From an uncultured Actinomycetes bacterium (GTDB taxonomy: Bacteria; Actinomycetota; Actinomycetes; Streptosporangiales; Streptosporangiaceae): a stretch of DNA of 64,000 nucleotides. The stretch is taken from contig CAVXLG010000017.1 of assembly GCA_963762615.1 (NCBI GenBank), forward strand, positions 447,566 to 511,565, in the 5' to 3' direction. The position numbers were made by a program, and so were the translations under genes. The notes under the pieces were generated by a model. The model searched no databases. It saw only the letters and a program-made list of their open reading frames with translations, and had not been told where the DNA came from. Shown one piece after another: positions 52,774 through 62,000 of this stretch (position 1 is the stretch's first letter; every line of letters begins with the position of its first letter).

Positions 52774-53136
52774 ATGAATGAACCGGATCCGCCTCTTGAC
52801 CGGGCCGTCGCCGCGGAGTACGCGAGCTGGTTCAAGGCGCTCGCTGACCCCACCAGGATCCAGATCGTCTCGCTGCTCGCCCGCCGGGGAACGCCGATGA
52901 ACGTGGGCGAGATCGTCGCAGCCGTAGACGTGGGCCAGTCCACCGTCTCAGCCCACCTCAAGGTGCTCGCCGACGTGCGGTTTATCCTGCTTGAGCGCCG
53001 GGGGTCCGCCAGCTACTACCGGATCAACGACGCGTGCGTGGACTGCTTTCCCACCGCGGCCGACATCGTCATGGGCCTGGCCCCGGCTCAGCCCGCTCCG
53101 GTCCGGTCATCATCGACAGCGGGAGCACGCCAGTGA
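52774..53136 (+). CDS. arsR: ArsR/SmtB family metalloregulator
   Basis: FKALADPTRIQIVSLLARRGTPMNVGEIVAAVDVGQSTVSAHLKVLADVRFI. Confidence 0.85.
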   Translation: MNEPDPPLDRAVAAEYASWFKALADPTRIQIVSLLARRGTPMNVGEIVAAVDVGQSTVSAHLKVLADVRFILLERRGSASYYRINDACVDCFPTAADIVMGLAPAQPAPVRSSSTAGARQ

Positions 53137-53900
53137 CCGAAGCAGGCGCCCCCGGCGCGCGCAGCAACCGCGATGCCGTCATCGACCGCTATTCGGGCCT
53201 GGCGCGCACCGCCCTGGCCGGCGGCATCCCGACCGATTGCGATCCCGGCGGGTTTGCTGACGGGCGGTTCGGCGCGGCCGCGTACCCCACCGCCGACGTC
53301 CCGGAGGCGGCGCTGCGCGCCAGCCTGGGCTGCGGCAACCCGCTTGCGGTGGCCAGCCTCAATCCAGGCGAGACCGTGCTGGACCTGGGGTCGGGCGGCG
53401 GGCTCGACGTGCTGCTGTCCGCGCGCAGGGTCGGCCCGGGCGGCACCGTCTACGGCGTGGATGCCAGCGCCGACATGCTCACCCTGGCTCGGGCCAACGC
53501 GTCCCGGGCCGGCATCGCCAACGCCCGTTTCCTGCGCGGCCACATCGAGGACATCCCCCTGCCCGACGAGCAGGTCAACGTGGTCATCTCCAACTGCGTC
53601 ATCAACCTGTCCGCCGACAAGCCGCGCGTGCTGGCCGAGGCCTTCCGGGTGCTGCGGCCCGGCGGGCGGCTGGGCATCAGCGACGTCACCGCGGACGACG
53701 GCATCGACCCCGGCCGGCTCGCCGACGCCGGGCACCAGGCCGGCTGCATCAGCGGCGCCCTCACCCAGTCGCAGTACCGCGACCTGCTGCTGGCCGCCGG
53801 GTTCACCGGCATCACCATCACCAGCACCCACCAGGCCGGGCCCGGCCTGCACGCCGCCAGCATCCAGGCGGCCAAGCCAGCCGTGCGCCGGTGCCCATAA
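53133..53900 (+). CDS. arsM: arsenite S-adenosylmethionine methyltransferase
   Basis: GTGA overlap with ars[38 protein letters not shown]...[13 protein letters not shown]...[11 protein letters not shown]. Confidence 0.8.
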   Translation: MTEAGAPGARSNRDAVIDRYSGLARTALAGGIPTDCDPGGFADGRFGAAAYPTADVPEAALRASLGCGNPLAVASLNPGETVLDLGSGGGLDVLLSARRVGPGGTVYGVDASADMLTLARANASRAGIANARFLRGHIEDIPLPDEQVNVVISNCVINLSADKPRVLAEAFRVLRPGGRLGISDVTADDGIDPGRLADAGHQAGCISGALTQSQYRDLLLAAGFTGITITSTHQAGPGLHAASIQAAKPAVRRCP

Positions 53901-54064
53901 CGGCCGGGCTGTACGAGGTGCGGGTGCCGCCAGCGGGTGAGTTAGCGCGAGGTCAGGTGACGGCTCCGGACGTGGAAGCCTGGCGCAGCGACCTTGTACC
54001 TCCCGCCGTACCTGGCGCGCGAGTGCTGTCCACGCGGTGCCTGCGTTCCGGCGCGCCGGTATCG

Positions 54065-54274
54065 TCAGGGCGGCGGACTGATCGCAGCCGGGCCGGGCAG
54101 GTAGCTGCCGGCGAGCCGTGGCCCGTCCAGGGAGGGGACCCAGGCCAGCGGGCCGGCCTCCGGCACGGTGGCCCGGCCCGCTTGCCAGAAAAGCTCCCAC
54201 ATGAGCATCTGCTCGCGGTGGACATCCCTGAGCGCACCGCACACGTGCCGTAGCACCCTCCAGGTTCCCGTCAT
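54065..54274 (-). CDS. small hypothetical protein (69 aa)
   Basis: ATG at 54274 is preceded by a strong GAGGAGGTGA Shine-Dalgarno sequence. I recognise no homology. Confidence 0.35.
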   Translation of the reverse strand: MTGTWRVLRHVCGALRDVHREQMLMWELFWQAGRATVPEAGPLAWVPSLDGPRLAGSYLPGPAAISPPP

Positions 54275-54438
54275 CACTTTCACCTCCTCGCGTACCGGCC
54301 TGCAATCACCCGCCGATCCGGACGGCGATGACGAGTGCGATCCCGCCCGCGCCGGGCTGGATGAAGGCCGAACCAGGCAGCCGGCGCGCACGCGCATCAT
54401 CCACGATAGAACGTAGCTGCCTGCCGTCATCAAGGGAG

Positions 54439-54864
54439 TCACCCGTCTTCGGCGTGCAGCGAGGGGGCGTAGGAGATGCCGACGATCATGCCATCCTCGG
54501 TGAGAAGCCGGGTCACCGTCTGTCCCCACGGCTCGGTGCGAGCCGGGTGCAGCAGCTCGAAGCCCGCGCGCTCAAGCTCGCCGCCAGCCGCTGCGACAGC
54601 TTCCGCGTCCTCGACCTCGAACTCGATGGACGCCTGCGGGACCACCCGGCCAGCCGGCCACTCCGGCGTGCCGAAGCACGCCTCGGCCGCCTGCGAGAGC
54701 GGCCACACGCCGAAGTGCTTGCTGCCGGGAATGCTGTCGCTCGAGTAGTACTCGTCGGCCTCATACTTCTCCAACGGCAGGCCCAGGGCGTCCATGAACA
54801 GCTTGCGGCTCTGCGGCGGGTCAGCGGCGACGACCGACACGCTCGTGATGAAGAGAACGTTCAT
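54439..54864 (-). CDS. VOC (glyoxalase/bleomycin-resistance) family protein
   Basis: 141 aa with a two-beta-alpha-beta-beta-beta module pattern. ...HFGVWPL...IEFEVEDAEA...EPWGQTVTRLLTEDGMIVGISY. Confidence 0.7.
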   Translation of the reverse strand: MNVLFITSVSVVAADPPQSRKLFMDALGLPLEKYEADEYYSSDSIPGSKHFGVWPLSQAAEACFGTPEWPAGRVVPQASIEFEVEDAEAVAAAGGELERAGFELLHPARTEPWGQTVTRLLTEDGMIVGISYAPSLHAEDG

Positions 54865-55028
54865 GGCCGAAGCCTACGGACCGCACCCGATGATGGGACA
54901 GGTTGCGCGCGGGCGGCTGAGGGAACCTCATCTTCCGGAATATGATCGGTATCTGGCTCAGCAAGCCGGTCACTGCGCGCGGCCTGAACACCAATGTGTT
55001 CCACCAGGTGACGACGCGCGTCTCAGCC

Positions 55029-55054
55029 AACAATTAGTAATAACAATTAGTAAT
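55029..55054. repeat. perfect 13-bp AT-rich direct repeat AACAATTAGTAAT x 2
   Basis: Located in the gap between the VOC gene start and the MerR gene end. It is the most AT-rich stretch of this part of the window. Confidence 0.8.
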
Positions 55055-55219
55055 TAGGCTGTCTCGTCCGCGAATGTTGCTGACCGGTGCCGGCAGCGTT
55101 GGCTGCCGGGGCCGATCGCGCCCGGATCCGCCGGGTCGAAGCCGTCCGGCTACACGGTCACCTTGGAAACCGGCGCCTGACCTGCCGGGCGCGAGAACCC
55201 AGTCGCGGTGCGGGGCTGG

Positions 55220-56041
55220 TCACCCCGAGGTGATCGGTTCCTGCAGTTCGATTACCCACTTGCCCCGGTCGGCGGGGCATTCGAGGTACAGCTCGCGGCC
55301 GTATCCGGTGGAGCGGTAGCCGTTGTCGTCTATCCACCGGGCCAGCGCCTGGTAGGTTGCCACGACGTTTTCCATCGACCCGCGGTACACGATGGTGGCC
55401 GCCTGGCTGATCTCCGGCAAGTCGGTGATCTCGAAACCCAGGCCGCCGCCGGGTTCGGTGTTGACCGGCAGAGTGGCGTGTATGAGCACGCCGTCACCGT
55501 CGGGGAGATCCTCGTAATAAGCAATCGCCGGGCCTGCCGGGACCAGCCCTGCCTGGCCGAGCCGGCTGCCCAGCTCCTGATACAGCGGCTGGATGACCGG
55601 ACCGATGGACGCAGGCTCCAGGCTTGCCGCGGTCGCGGTGAGTTCCGCGACGCGAACTGCCGGTATCCGCTTGACCTGGATGTCGTCGGCTGGCATAACG
55701 CCCTCCATCTCGATAATCCGGAGCCTCGCCTCGACCTGCGCCAGCCGGGATGTGTCGGCCGCGATCTGGAATTGCAGCTCAGCCTGGCGCAACCGCAGCA
55801 TCCCGCGGAGTTGCTCGACGCTGACCTGCTGGTCCAGCATGGCGCGCACCTGCTCAAGGGTGAAGCCGAGGTCCTTCAGCGCGATGATGCGGTTGAGCCG
55901 CGCGAGCTGACCGGCCTCATAGAACCGGTAGCCGCTGGACGGGCCGACCCTGGCCGGGCGGAGCAGCCCGGTCGCGTCGTAATGGCGCAGCATCCGGACC
56001 GACACCTGGCCGAGCCGGGCGAAGTCTCCGATGGTGAACAT
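55220..56041 (-). CDS. MerR family transcriptional regulator with a GyrI-like effector-binding domain
   Basis: MFTIGDFARLGQVSVRMLRHYDATGLLRPARV...GYRFYEAGQLARLNRIIALKDLGFTLEQV. The C-terminal half is a GyrI/SOUL-like fold. Confidence 0.85.
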   Translation of the reverse strand: MFTIGDFARLGQVSVRMLRHYDATGLLRPARVGPSSGYRFYEAGQLARLNRIIALKDLGFTLEQVRAMLDQQVSVEQLRGMLRLRQAELQFQIAADTSRLAQVEARLRIIEMEGVMPADDIQVKRIPAVRVAELTATAASLEPASIGPVIQPLYQELGSRLGQAGLVPAGPAIAYYEDLPDGDGVLIHATLPVNTEPGGGLGFEITDLPEISQAATIVYRGSMENVVATYQALARWIDDNGYRSTGYGRELYLECPADRGKWVIELQEPITSG

Positions 56042-56185
56042 GATGCCTCCCACCCGACACCCTCACACGGTGTCAGGGTCAACCTGTTGTCCTGGCGTCT
56101 GCGCCCCGGGTCGCGAGCACCACACCCGCCCAGATGAAACCGCCCATCAGGTCCGCCGGATGACCAGCAGCGTGATCGCCGGGGT

Positions 56186-56464
56186 TCAGCGGCGCCGGTA
56201 CGCGGCGGAGCGGTGACGGATGTCAAGCACGATCACCAGGTGCCTGGCGTCATCGATCTCGTACAGCACTCGCCAGTCGCGACCCAGGCGGGCACTGTAG
56301 ATGCCCGTCAGCTCCGCGCCGAGCGGCTTGCCGACCCGCCGAGGATCCTCCAGGAGGGGTCCGGTGATGAACTCGGCTGCTGCAGAGGCGACGTCGAAGG
56401 AGAGCCGCTCGGCGAGGGCCCGCTGAGCCGGGGGCGCGGTCCCCGGCTCGTAGCGGGCGGTCAT
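56186..56464 (-). CDS. type II toxin, RelE/ParE family
   Basis: 92 aa. ...GKPLGAELTGIYSARLGRDWRVLYEIDDARHLVIVLDIRHRSAAY. Has a 4-bp overlap with the upstream antitoxin. Confidence 0.8.
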   Translation of the reverse strand: MTARYEPGTAPPAQRALAERLSFDVASAAAEFITGPLLEDPRRVGKPLGAELTGIYSARLGRDWRVLYEIDDARHLVIVLDIRHRSAAYRRR

Positions 56465-56718
56465 GAAGCCTGGCGTCCGCTAAGCAGATTGCGTACCGCG
56501 TCGGTGCCGTAGAGCACGTCGCCTTCCTGCACGGCCTGCCTGGCTTCGGCCAGGGCCCGCAGCGTCTCAGGATCTGCCTTAACCTCGGCTGTCTCCCGAA
56601 GAGCCAGGTAGGTCTCCACGGCAAGGACCACGGTCTGGTGGACGCTCCGGTGGTCTTCCTCGGCGGCCAGGCGAAGCTCCGCTTCGAGGCGAGGATCGAG
56701 CCGCAGTGTCATAGCCAC
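56461..56718 (-). CDS. ribbon-helix-helix type II antitoxin
   Basis: MAMTLRLDPRLEAELRLAAEEDHRSVHQTVVLAVETYL. Confidence 0.75.
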   Translation of the reverse strand: MAMTLRLDPRLEAELRLAAEEDHRSVHQTVVLAVETYLALRETAEVKADPETLRALAEARQAVQEGDVLYGTDAVRNLLSGRQAS

Positions 56719-56806
56719 ACCGTGATGATATCAAAGTGCACCGTTAAGATAGCTCATTGGGCTACTCGCCGCGAACAGCCGACACCTATGCGCTGCCGGT
56801 GGTGGG

Positions 56807-57520
56807 TCAGCCGCGGGGTTCTGGGGTGACGAATCCCAGTTCGTAGGCCAGGACAACGGCCTGGACCCGGTCCCGCAAGCTCAGCTTGGCCAGGATCCGG
56901 CTCACGTGGGTCTTCACCGTGTTCTCCTCGACGACCAGCTCCCGGGCGATCTCGATGTTGGACAGCCCGCGGGCCACCAGGCGGAGCACCTCCAGTTCCC
57001 GCGCGGTGAGCTGGCGCAGTTCGCCGGGCACCCCGGCGGGCCCGCGCGCGGCCAGCGCGAACCGGGCGATGAGGCGGCGGGTGATGACCGGATCGATGAG
57101 GGCGTCACCCGCGGCGATGCTGCGGACCGCAGTGACCAGCTGGTCGGCCGGGGCGTCCTTCAGCAGGAAGCCGCTGGCGCCTGCGCGCAATGCCTCATAC
57201 ACGTATTCGTCAGCGTCGAAGGTGGTAAGGATCAGCACCCGGGTGCGGAGGCTGGCAGACAGGATGTGCCGGGCCGCTTGCAGGCCGTCCATCACCGGCA
57301 TCCGGATGTCGAGCAGGGCGAGGACCGGGGCGTGCCTGCGCGCCAGCTCGACCGCTTCCCTGCCGTCACCGGCCTCGGCTACCACGGTGATCCCCGGCTC
57401 GGTCTCCAGGATCACCCGGAAGCCGCGGCGGACCATCTGCTGGTCGTCGGCGATCAAGACGGTGATCGGCCGCCTGGAGGTGCCGTCGGCGTTCACCCCG
57501 GCACTGGCTGGCTCAGCCAT
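56807..57520 (-). CDS. NarL/LuxR-family response regulator
   Basis: ITVLIADDQQMVRRGF...LALLDIRMPVMDG... and the HTH LTARELEVLRLVARGLSNIEIARELVVEENTVKTHVSRILAKL. Start is 57520 or 57538. Confidence 0.85.
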   Translation of the reverse strand: MAEPASAGVNADGTSRRPITVLIADDQQMVRRGFRVILETEPGITVVAEAGDGREAVELARRHAPVLALLDIRMPVMDGLQAARHILSASLRTRVLILTTFDADEYVYEALRAGASGFLLKDAPADQLVTAVRSIAAGDALIDPVITRRLIARFALAARGPAGVPGELRQLTARELEVLRLVARGLSNIEIARELVVEENTVKTHVSRILAKLSLRDRVQAVVLAYELGFVTPEPRG

Positions 57521-57600
57521 CGGGCAGCTCCCCGGCACTGGTCTGGTTCGCGTCCACCGTAGTCCTCACGGGTGACGGCCAGCCACCAACGGGGCGTTCT

Positions 57601-57738
57601 TCTCCTGGCACCAGGGCTGCGGCGGGCAGGCCTGGACCCCCGGCGCTCTCCTGGCACCAGGCCTGCAGCGGGCCGGCCTGGACCCCCGGCGCTCTCCTGG
57701 TACCAGGCCTGCAGCGGGCCGGCTTGGACCGCCAACGG
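57601..57738. repeat. 46-bp tandem repeat x 3 in the divergent region between the response regulator and the membrane-protein/kinase operon
   Basis: TCTCCTGG[C/T]ACCAGG(G/C)CTGC(G/A)GCGGGC(A/C)GGC(C/T)TGGACC... at 57601-57646, 57647-57692 and 57693-57738. Confidence 0.85.
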
Positions 57739-58007
57739 AGGTGTCGGGATCAGGGCCGGGCAGGCGTTCGGGCGCCAGTCGGCCTGCTCGCGGCCCCATC
57801 GCCGTATCGCAGTACCGGACAGCCGACCGTCGCACGGCAGGCCAGCGGCACCGTGGCAGGTCAGCGGCACCGTAGTCCTCGGGCATGAGGAACGACCGGG
57901 AAGGTCGCTCACAGGCAGGACGACTGCGCCAGGTCCGGTTCGTAGTGTGCGCTGCATCGACAGAAACGGGGCTGGCCTGCCCCGTCGGGACATTCCGGAG
58001 GCTTGCC

Positions 58008-58556
58008 ATGACTCCTTTGGCCGGGTTCGTCGCCGCCATCATCGCCGGCTGGATCGTCCGCGATCCGCGCCGCGCCGCCGCCGTCACCCTGGTTCCTTTC
58101 CTGATCGTGCTGGCCATGCAGACGTGGGACATCGCCGCCGGGGACGGGGTCAGCCCGCCCAGCACGGTCACCCCGTTCCCTGGAGCCATCGGCTACTACG
58201 TCTTCCAGGTGATCTTCCTCGGGCTCGCGCTCGGCATCGCCGCCGAACTGGCGGTCCTGCGGCGGGCCCGCAAGCCGGCCGGCGACAGCACGGGAGCAGG
58301 CCGGCGGATGGCGCTGGCCGCGGTGCTGCTGGCCGGCCTGGCCGTCGTGTTCGATGCCAGCTGGCTGCTGGATACAGCACCGGTGCGGCACCACTCCGCC
58401 GACGGGGCACCGCCGGCGCAGGGCCTGGCTGGAATCGGGCTGTGCATCGTGACGTTCGTCGTGCTCAGCGTGCTGACAATCCGGAACCGGCGCGCCGCGA
58501 GGGCGAAGCTCGCCGGTACCGGCGCCAGCGCGGTGATGGCTGGCGAGCGCGGCTAG
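58008..58556 (+). CDS. hypothetical integral membrane protein (5-6 TM helices)
   Basis: 182-aa ORF from ATG 58008. Hydrophobic helices run throughout. It is the first gene of a three-gene unit that includes two kinase-like genes. Confidence 0.55.
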   Translation: MTPLAGFVAAIIAGWIVRDPRRAAAVTLVPFLIVLAMQTWDIAAGDGVSPPSTVTPFPGAIGYYVFQVIFLGLALGIAAELAVLRRARKPAGDSTGAGRRMALAAVLLAGLAVVFDASWLLDTAPVRHHSADGAPPAQGLAGIGLCIVTFVVLSVLTIRNRRAARAKLAGTGASAVMAGERG

Positions 58557-58621
58557 CCTGCCGGGTTGAACCATCCGGCCACAGACCCGACAATGAGTCT
58601 GCACCCTGGGGGACGCCAGCC

Positions 58622-59782
58622 ATGATCACTGTCAGGAGCCCGCGGGCCCCGGTGAACTGGATCGTTGCGGGCCTGGGGGGGCTGGACATCGCGGTCGCGT
58701 TCATCCTCAGCGCCGTCGCGGTAGCCGGGGTCAACGGTGCGTTCCCCCCTGACCACGGCGGCGTGGGGGCCTGCGCGAGTGTGCTCCTGATGACCCTGCC
58801 GGTGGCCTGGCGCCGCCGGGCGCCATCGGCCGCGGCAGCCGTCCTGGCCGCCGGTGCCCTGCTCAACGGGCTGATCTTCGGCCCTATGGTCCGCTGCGGC
58901 GCCGCCTTGCCGGCGCTGTTCTTGGTGGCCTATGCCGTCGGCGCCAGGAGGGAGGGCGCCAGGTCGGCTGCGGGGCTGCTGCTCTGCGCTGCGGCGGTGG
59001 TCGCCGAGGGACTGTACGACCCGCGGATCGAGGGCCAGGGACTGGTCTTCGTGCTGCCGCTGCTGGCGGCGTTCTACGCCGCGGGGTGCCTGGTCCGGGC
59101 CAAGACCAAGACGGCCGCGGCGCTGCGGCAGCAGTCGGCGGAACTGCGCCGCCAGCGGGAGCAGACGGCGCGCCTGGCGGTGCTGGCCGACCGGGCCCGG
59201 GTGAGCGCAGACCTTGAGGACAGCTTGCACGCGCGGATCGGCGGCATCGCCGCGGCCGCAGCCGCCGGGCTCGGCGCGTTGAACGCCGCGGACGCCGATG
59301 GCTCCGGAGCCCGGCAGGCGCTGGCCTCGATCGAGCACGACGGCCGGGATGTCCTCGGGCACCTGCGCGAGGTCCTCGGCGAACTGCGCGAGCGGGCGCC
59401 CAGTGAGCCGGCGCCGACGCTGGCCCGGCTGACGACCCTTCTCGACCGGGCCACCACTGCTGATGCCCGGCTCACGGTGGACGGGAGCCCCCGGACGCTG
59501 CCGGCCGGGCTTGAGCTGTCGGGCTACCGGATCGTGGAGCACCTGCTGGTGGCCTTGGAGGATGCTCCGGGTGCGGTCGTCCGCGTGCGGCTCCATTTCG
59601 GCCCGGGTGCGCTGGAACTGCACGTCTGCGGGCCGCCCTCACCCGCCGCCGACGCGCAGGCCGCGCTGGCCGCCGCCCGGGAGCGGGCTCGCCTGCACGG
59701 CGGAACGGTGGACAGCCGGCTGGCGGGCGGCCTGCGTTACGCGATGGCCACGCTGCCCCTGGTCAGCAGCGGCTATGCCTGA
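58622..59782 (+). CDS. degenerate HisKA_3 sensor kinase paralogue (predicted pseudokinase)
   Basis: Same architecture as the next gene (TM bundle + dimerisation helix + ATPase-like fold). However, the H-box reads RARVSADLEDSLHA where the next gene has RARIARELHDIVAH, the N-box reads VEHLLVALEDA where the next gene has VQEALTNALKHA, and no GLxGMRER G-box is present. Confidence 0.6.
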   Translation: MITVRSPRAPVNWIVAGLGGLDIAVAFILSAVAVAGVNGAFPPDHGGVGACASVLLMTLPVAWRRRAPSAAAAVLAAGALLNGLIFGPMVRCGAALPALFLVAYAVGARREGARSAAGLLLCAAAVVAEGLYDPRIEGQGLVFVLPLLAAFYAAGCLVRAKTKTAAALRQQSAELRRQREQTARLAVLADRARVSADLEDSLHARIGGIAAAAAAGLGALNAADADGSGARQALASIEHDGRDVLGHLREVLGELRERAPSEPAPTLARLTTLLDRATTADARLTVDGSPRTLPAGLELSGYRIVEHLLVALEDAPGAVVRVRLHFGPGALELHVCGPPSPAADAQAALAAARERARLHGGTVDSRLAGGLRYAMATLPLVSSGYA

Positions 59783-60962
59783 CGTCACCGGCCAGCTGAG
59801 GCGGCTGTTCACCTCCTGGCGCGGCGACGTGCTGCTCGCCGTCCTGCTGGTGATCTGGGCGGCCGCCTACCTGGGCACGGCGGTGGCGCGCGCGGATCAG
59901 CGCTGGACGGCCGTGATCTTCGTGCTGCCGTGGGCCGCCGCACTCGCCACCCGGCGGCGGTGGCCGGTGGCGGCCGCCGCGGTGGCCTGCGCCCTTCTGC
60001 TGGCCGTGCGGCCTCTCGGGCTCGTCCCCGAACTCAACGGATTGCTGGGCGACCCGTCGCTTTGGGTGGTGTTCCTGCTTGCCTACGCCCTCGGGACCGG
60101 AGCCGGTCTGGCGGCCGGCCTGGCCGTTGCCGCGCTGCTGGCGGCCTGCCTGCTGATCGCGAACGGCGGCTTCAGCCCGGTCGCCATCATGGTCACCATC
60201 GGCCCCTGGCTGGCTGGGCGGGTCGTCCTGTCCCGGCGGCGGCTGGCCGAGCAACTCCAGGCGCGTAACGAGGAACTGCGGGCCGAGCAAGAACTGTTCG
60301 CGCTGGAGTCCGTCCGCTATGAGCGGGCACGGATCGCGCGGGAACTGCACGACATCGTCGCTCACTGTCTGAGCGTCATGGTCGTGCAGGCCAGCGCGGG
60401 GCAGCGGATCGCCGACGCCGACGGCATGGCCGAGGCGCTGCAGTCCGTCGCGGCGGCCGCCGAACAGGCTCAGGCGGAGATCGGCAGGCTGGCCGAACTG
60501 CTGTCCGAGGACCTGCCGCCGGGCATGACGCCCCGGCTGGAGATGGCCGGCGAGCTCGTGCGCCAGGCCAGCGTCACCGGCCTGGCCGTCAGCTGCCGAG
60601 TCCAACGCCCCTGCGACCAGCTTTCCCCCGCAGCGTCCGAGGCCGCCTACCGAGTCGTGCAGGAAGCCCTCACCAACGCCCTCAAGCACGCCCCGGGCGC
60701 ACCAGTCGACATCACCATCGGCGGGCAAGACGCCGGCGTAACGGTGGACATCGTGAACGCCGCCCCCCGTGGCGGAAGTTCTGGCCTGGAGCGGTCAGGC
60801 AGCAGCTACGGCCTGGCCGGGATGCGGGAAAGGGTCGGCGGCTGCGGAGGCACCCTCATCTCAGGCCCCACGGCAACCGGAGGCTGGCACGTGTCAGCGC
60901 TCCTGCCTGCCAGCTGCGACCACAGCCCGGCAGCCCAGACCGGAGCGCATGACCCCCGCTGA
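59775..60962 (+). CDS. sensor histidine kinase (HisKA_3 / NarX-LiaS type)
   Basis: H-box ERARIARELHDIVAHCLS, N-box RVVQEALTNALKHAP, G-box YGLAGMRERVGGCGGTL. Overlaps the preceding gene by 8 bp. Confidence 0.85.
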   Translation: MPDVTGQLRRLFTSWRGDVLLAVLLVIWAAAYLGTAVARADQRWTAVIFVLPWAAALATRRRWPVAAAAVACALLLAVRPLGLVPELNGLLGDPSLWVVFLLAYALGTGAGLAAGLAVAALLAACLLIANGGFSPVAIMVTIGPWLAGRVVLSRRRLAEQLQARNEELRAEQELFALESVRYERARIARELHDIVAHCLSVMVVQASAGQRIADADGMAEALQSVAAAAEQAQAEIGRLAELLSEDLPPGMTPRLEMAGELVRQASVTGLAVSCRVQRPCDQLSPAASEAAYRVVQEALTNALKHAPGAPVDITIGGQDAGVTVDIVNAAPRGGSSGLERSGSSYGLAGMRERVGGCGGTLISGPTATGGWHVSALLPASCDHSPAAQTGAHDPR

Positions 60963-61205
60963 CCGCCAGCAACCCGATGCTAGACAGCCGCGTAGTCGGC
61001 AGCAGTGCAATCATCGGCTTCACCTGGCTGGGCGTCCGGCAGCCGCGCGTTCTGTCCCACGGGTGGGCTCTGGTCATCTAGAGTTCTCCTCACGCATGTG
61101 ACCGTCGGCACGTAGGGCTGCAATTCTCGCAGCTTCGATCAGCTGCCAGCGGTCAGCCGCAACCAGTGTCAGCGGGGATCCCCGGGCCCGCTGGACGGAG
61201 CCGGG

Positions 61206-61859
61206 ATGAAAGACCTCGAATCGCTGGACGCCGCCTTCGTCATCGACACTTTCCTGCTGCTCCTGATCGGGATCGGACCGAAGATCGCGCTGGTGCCCTT
61301 CCTTGACGCGACCTCGGACATGCCGGAGGTCACCAAGCGCCGTGTCCTGCGCAAGATGCTGACCACCGCCACCATCGTCGCCGCGCTCCTGCTGGTCCTC
61401 GGCGGCCTGCTGACCAGGCTGCTGCACTTCTCACCGGGGGCGCTGGGCGTCGCCAGCGGCATCATCCTGCTGATCATCGCGGTCACCATGGTGCTCGGCC
61501 GCCAGACCGGCAGCGGCGGCGATCACCCGGTCGAAGGCCGGGACCCGATGCAGGTCGCCGTCTTCCCGCTGGCCGTGCCCTACCTGCTCAACCCGGCCGG
61601 GATCGTCGTCCTGGTCACCCTGTCGGCCGAGGCAAGCTCCATCGCGGTGCTGGCGGTCGCCGTCGGCGTGCTCGTCGCGGTGCTCGCGTTGGACGTCGTA
61701 GTCTTCCGCTGGGCGGTGCAGGTCAGCAGCAAGCTGGACGCGAGCCGGATGCTGGTGACCGAGAAGGTATTCGGTTTCCTGCTGGCCGCGCTCGGGGTGC
61801 AGCTGGTGCTCAACGGGCTGTCGGACGTCGGCGTGATCCACCTGACTACCGGTCACTGA
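61206..61859 (+). CDS. MarC family (UPF0056) integral membrane protein
   Basis: FLLLLIGIGPKIALVPFLDAT...ASGIILLIIAVTMVLG...FPLAVPYLLNPAGIVVLV. Confidence 0.75.
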   Translation: MKDLESLDAAFVIDTFLLLLIGIGPKIALVPFLDATSDMPEVTKRRVLRKMLTTATIVAALLLVLGGLLTRLLHFSPGALGVASGIILLIIAVTMVLGRQTGSGGDHPVEGRDPMQVAVFPLAVPYLLNPAGIVVLVTLSAEASSIAVLAVAVGVLVAVLALDVVVFRWAVQVSSKLDASRMLVTEKVFGFLLAALGVQLVLNGLSDVGVIHLTTGH

Positions 61860-62000
61860 GCACGCACGTCCGGGTTCGCCGGGCACTGCACACCGCCGCC
61901 ATCGAACTCAGCGAGACCCCACGACCAAAACCGCAGCCGACGAGCGCATCGTCATCACCGCCAGTCAGCACGCGTGCGGCACGCGCGGGCGCAAGCAGGA

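Noticed and set aside
61074-61427. 117-aa minus-strand ORF ending ...DRWQLIEAARIAALRADGHMREENSR
   Set aside because: Most of it overlaps the well-supported MarC-family gene on the opposite strand, and there is no plausible start outside that overlap. The 240-bp gap 60963-61205 remains unexplained, but I cannot support a gene there.
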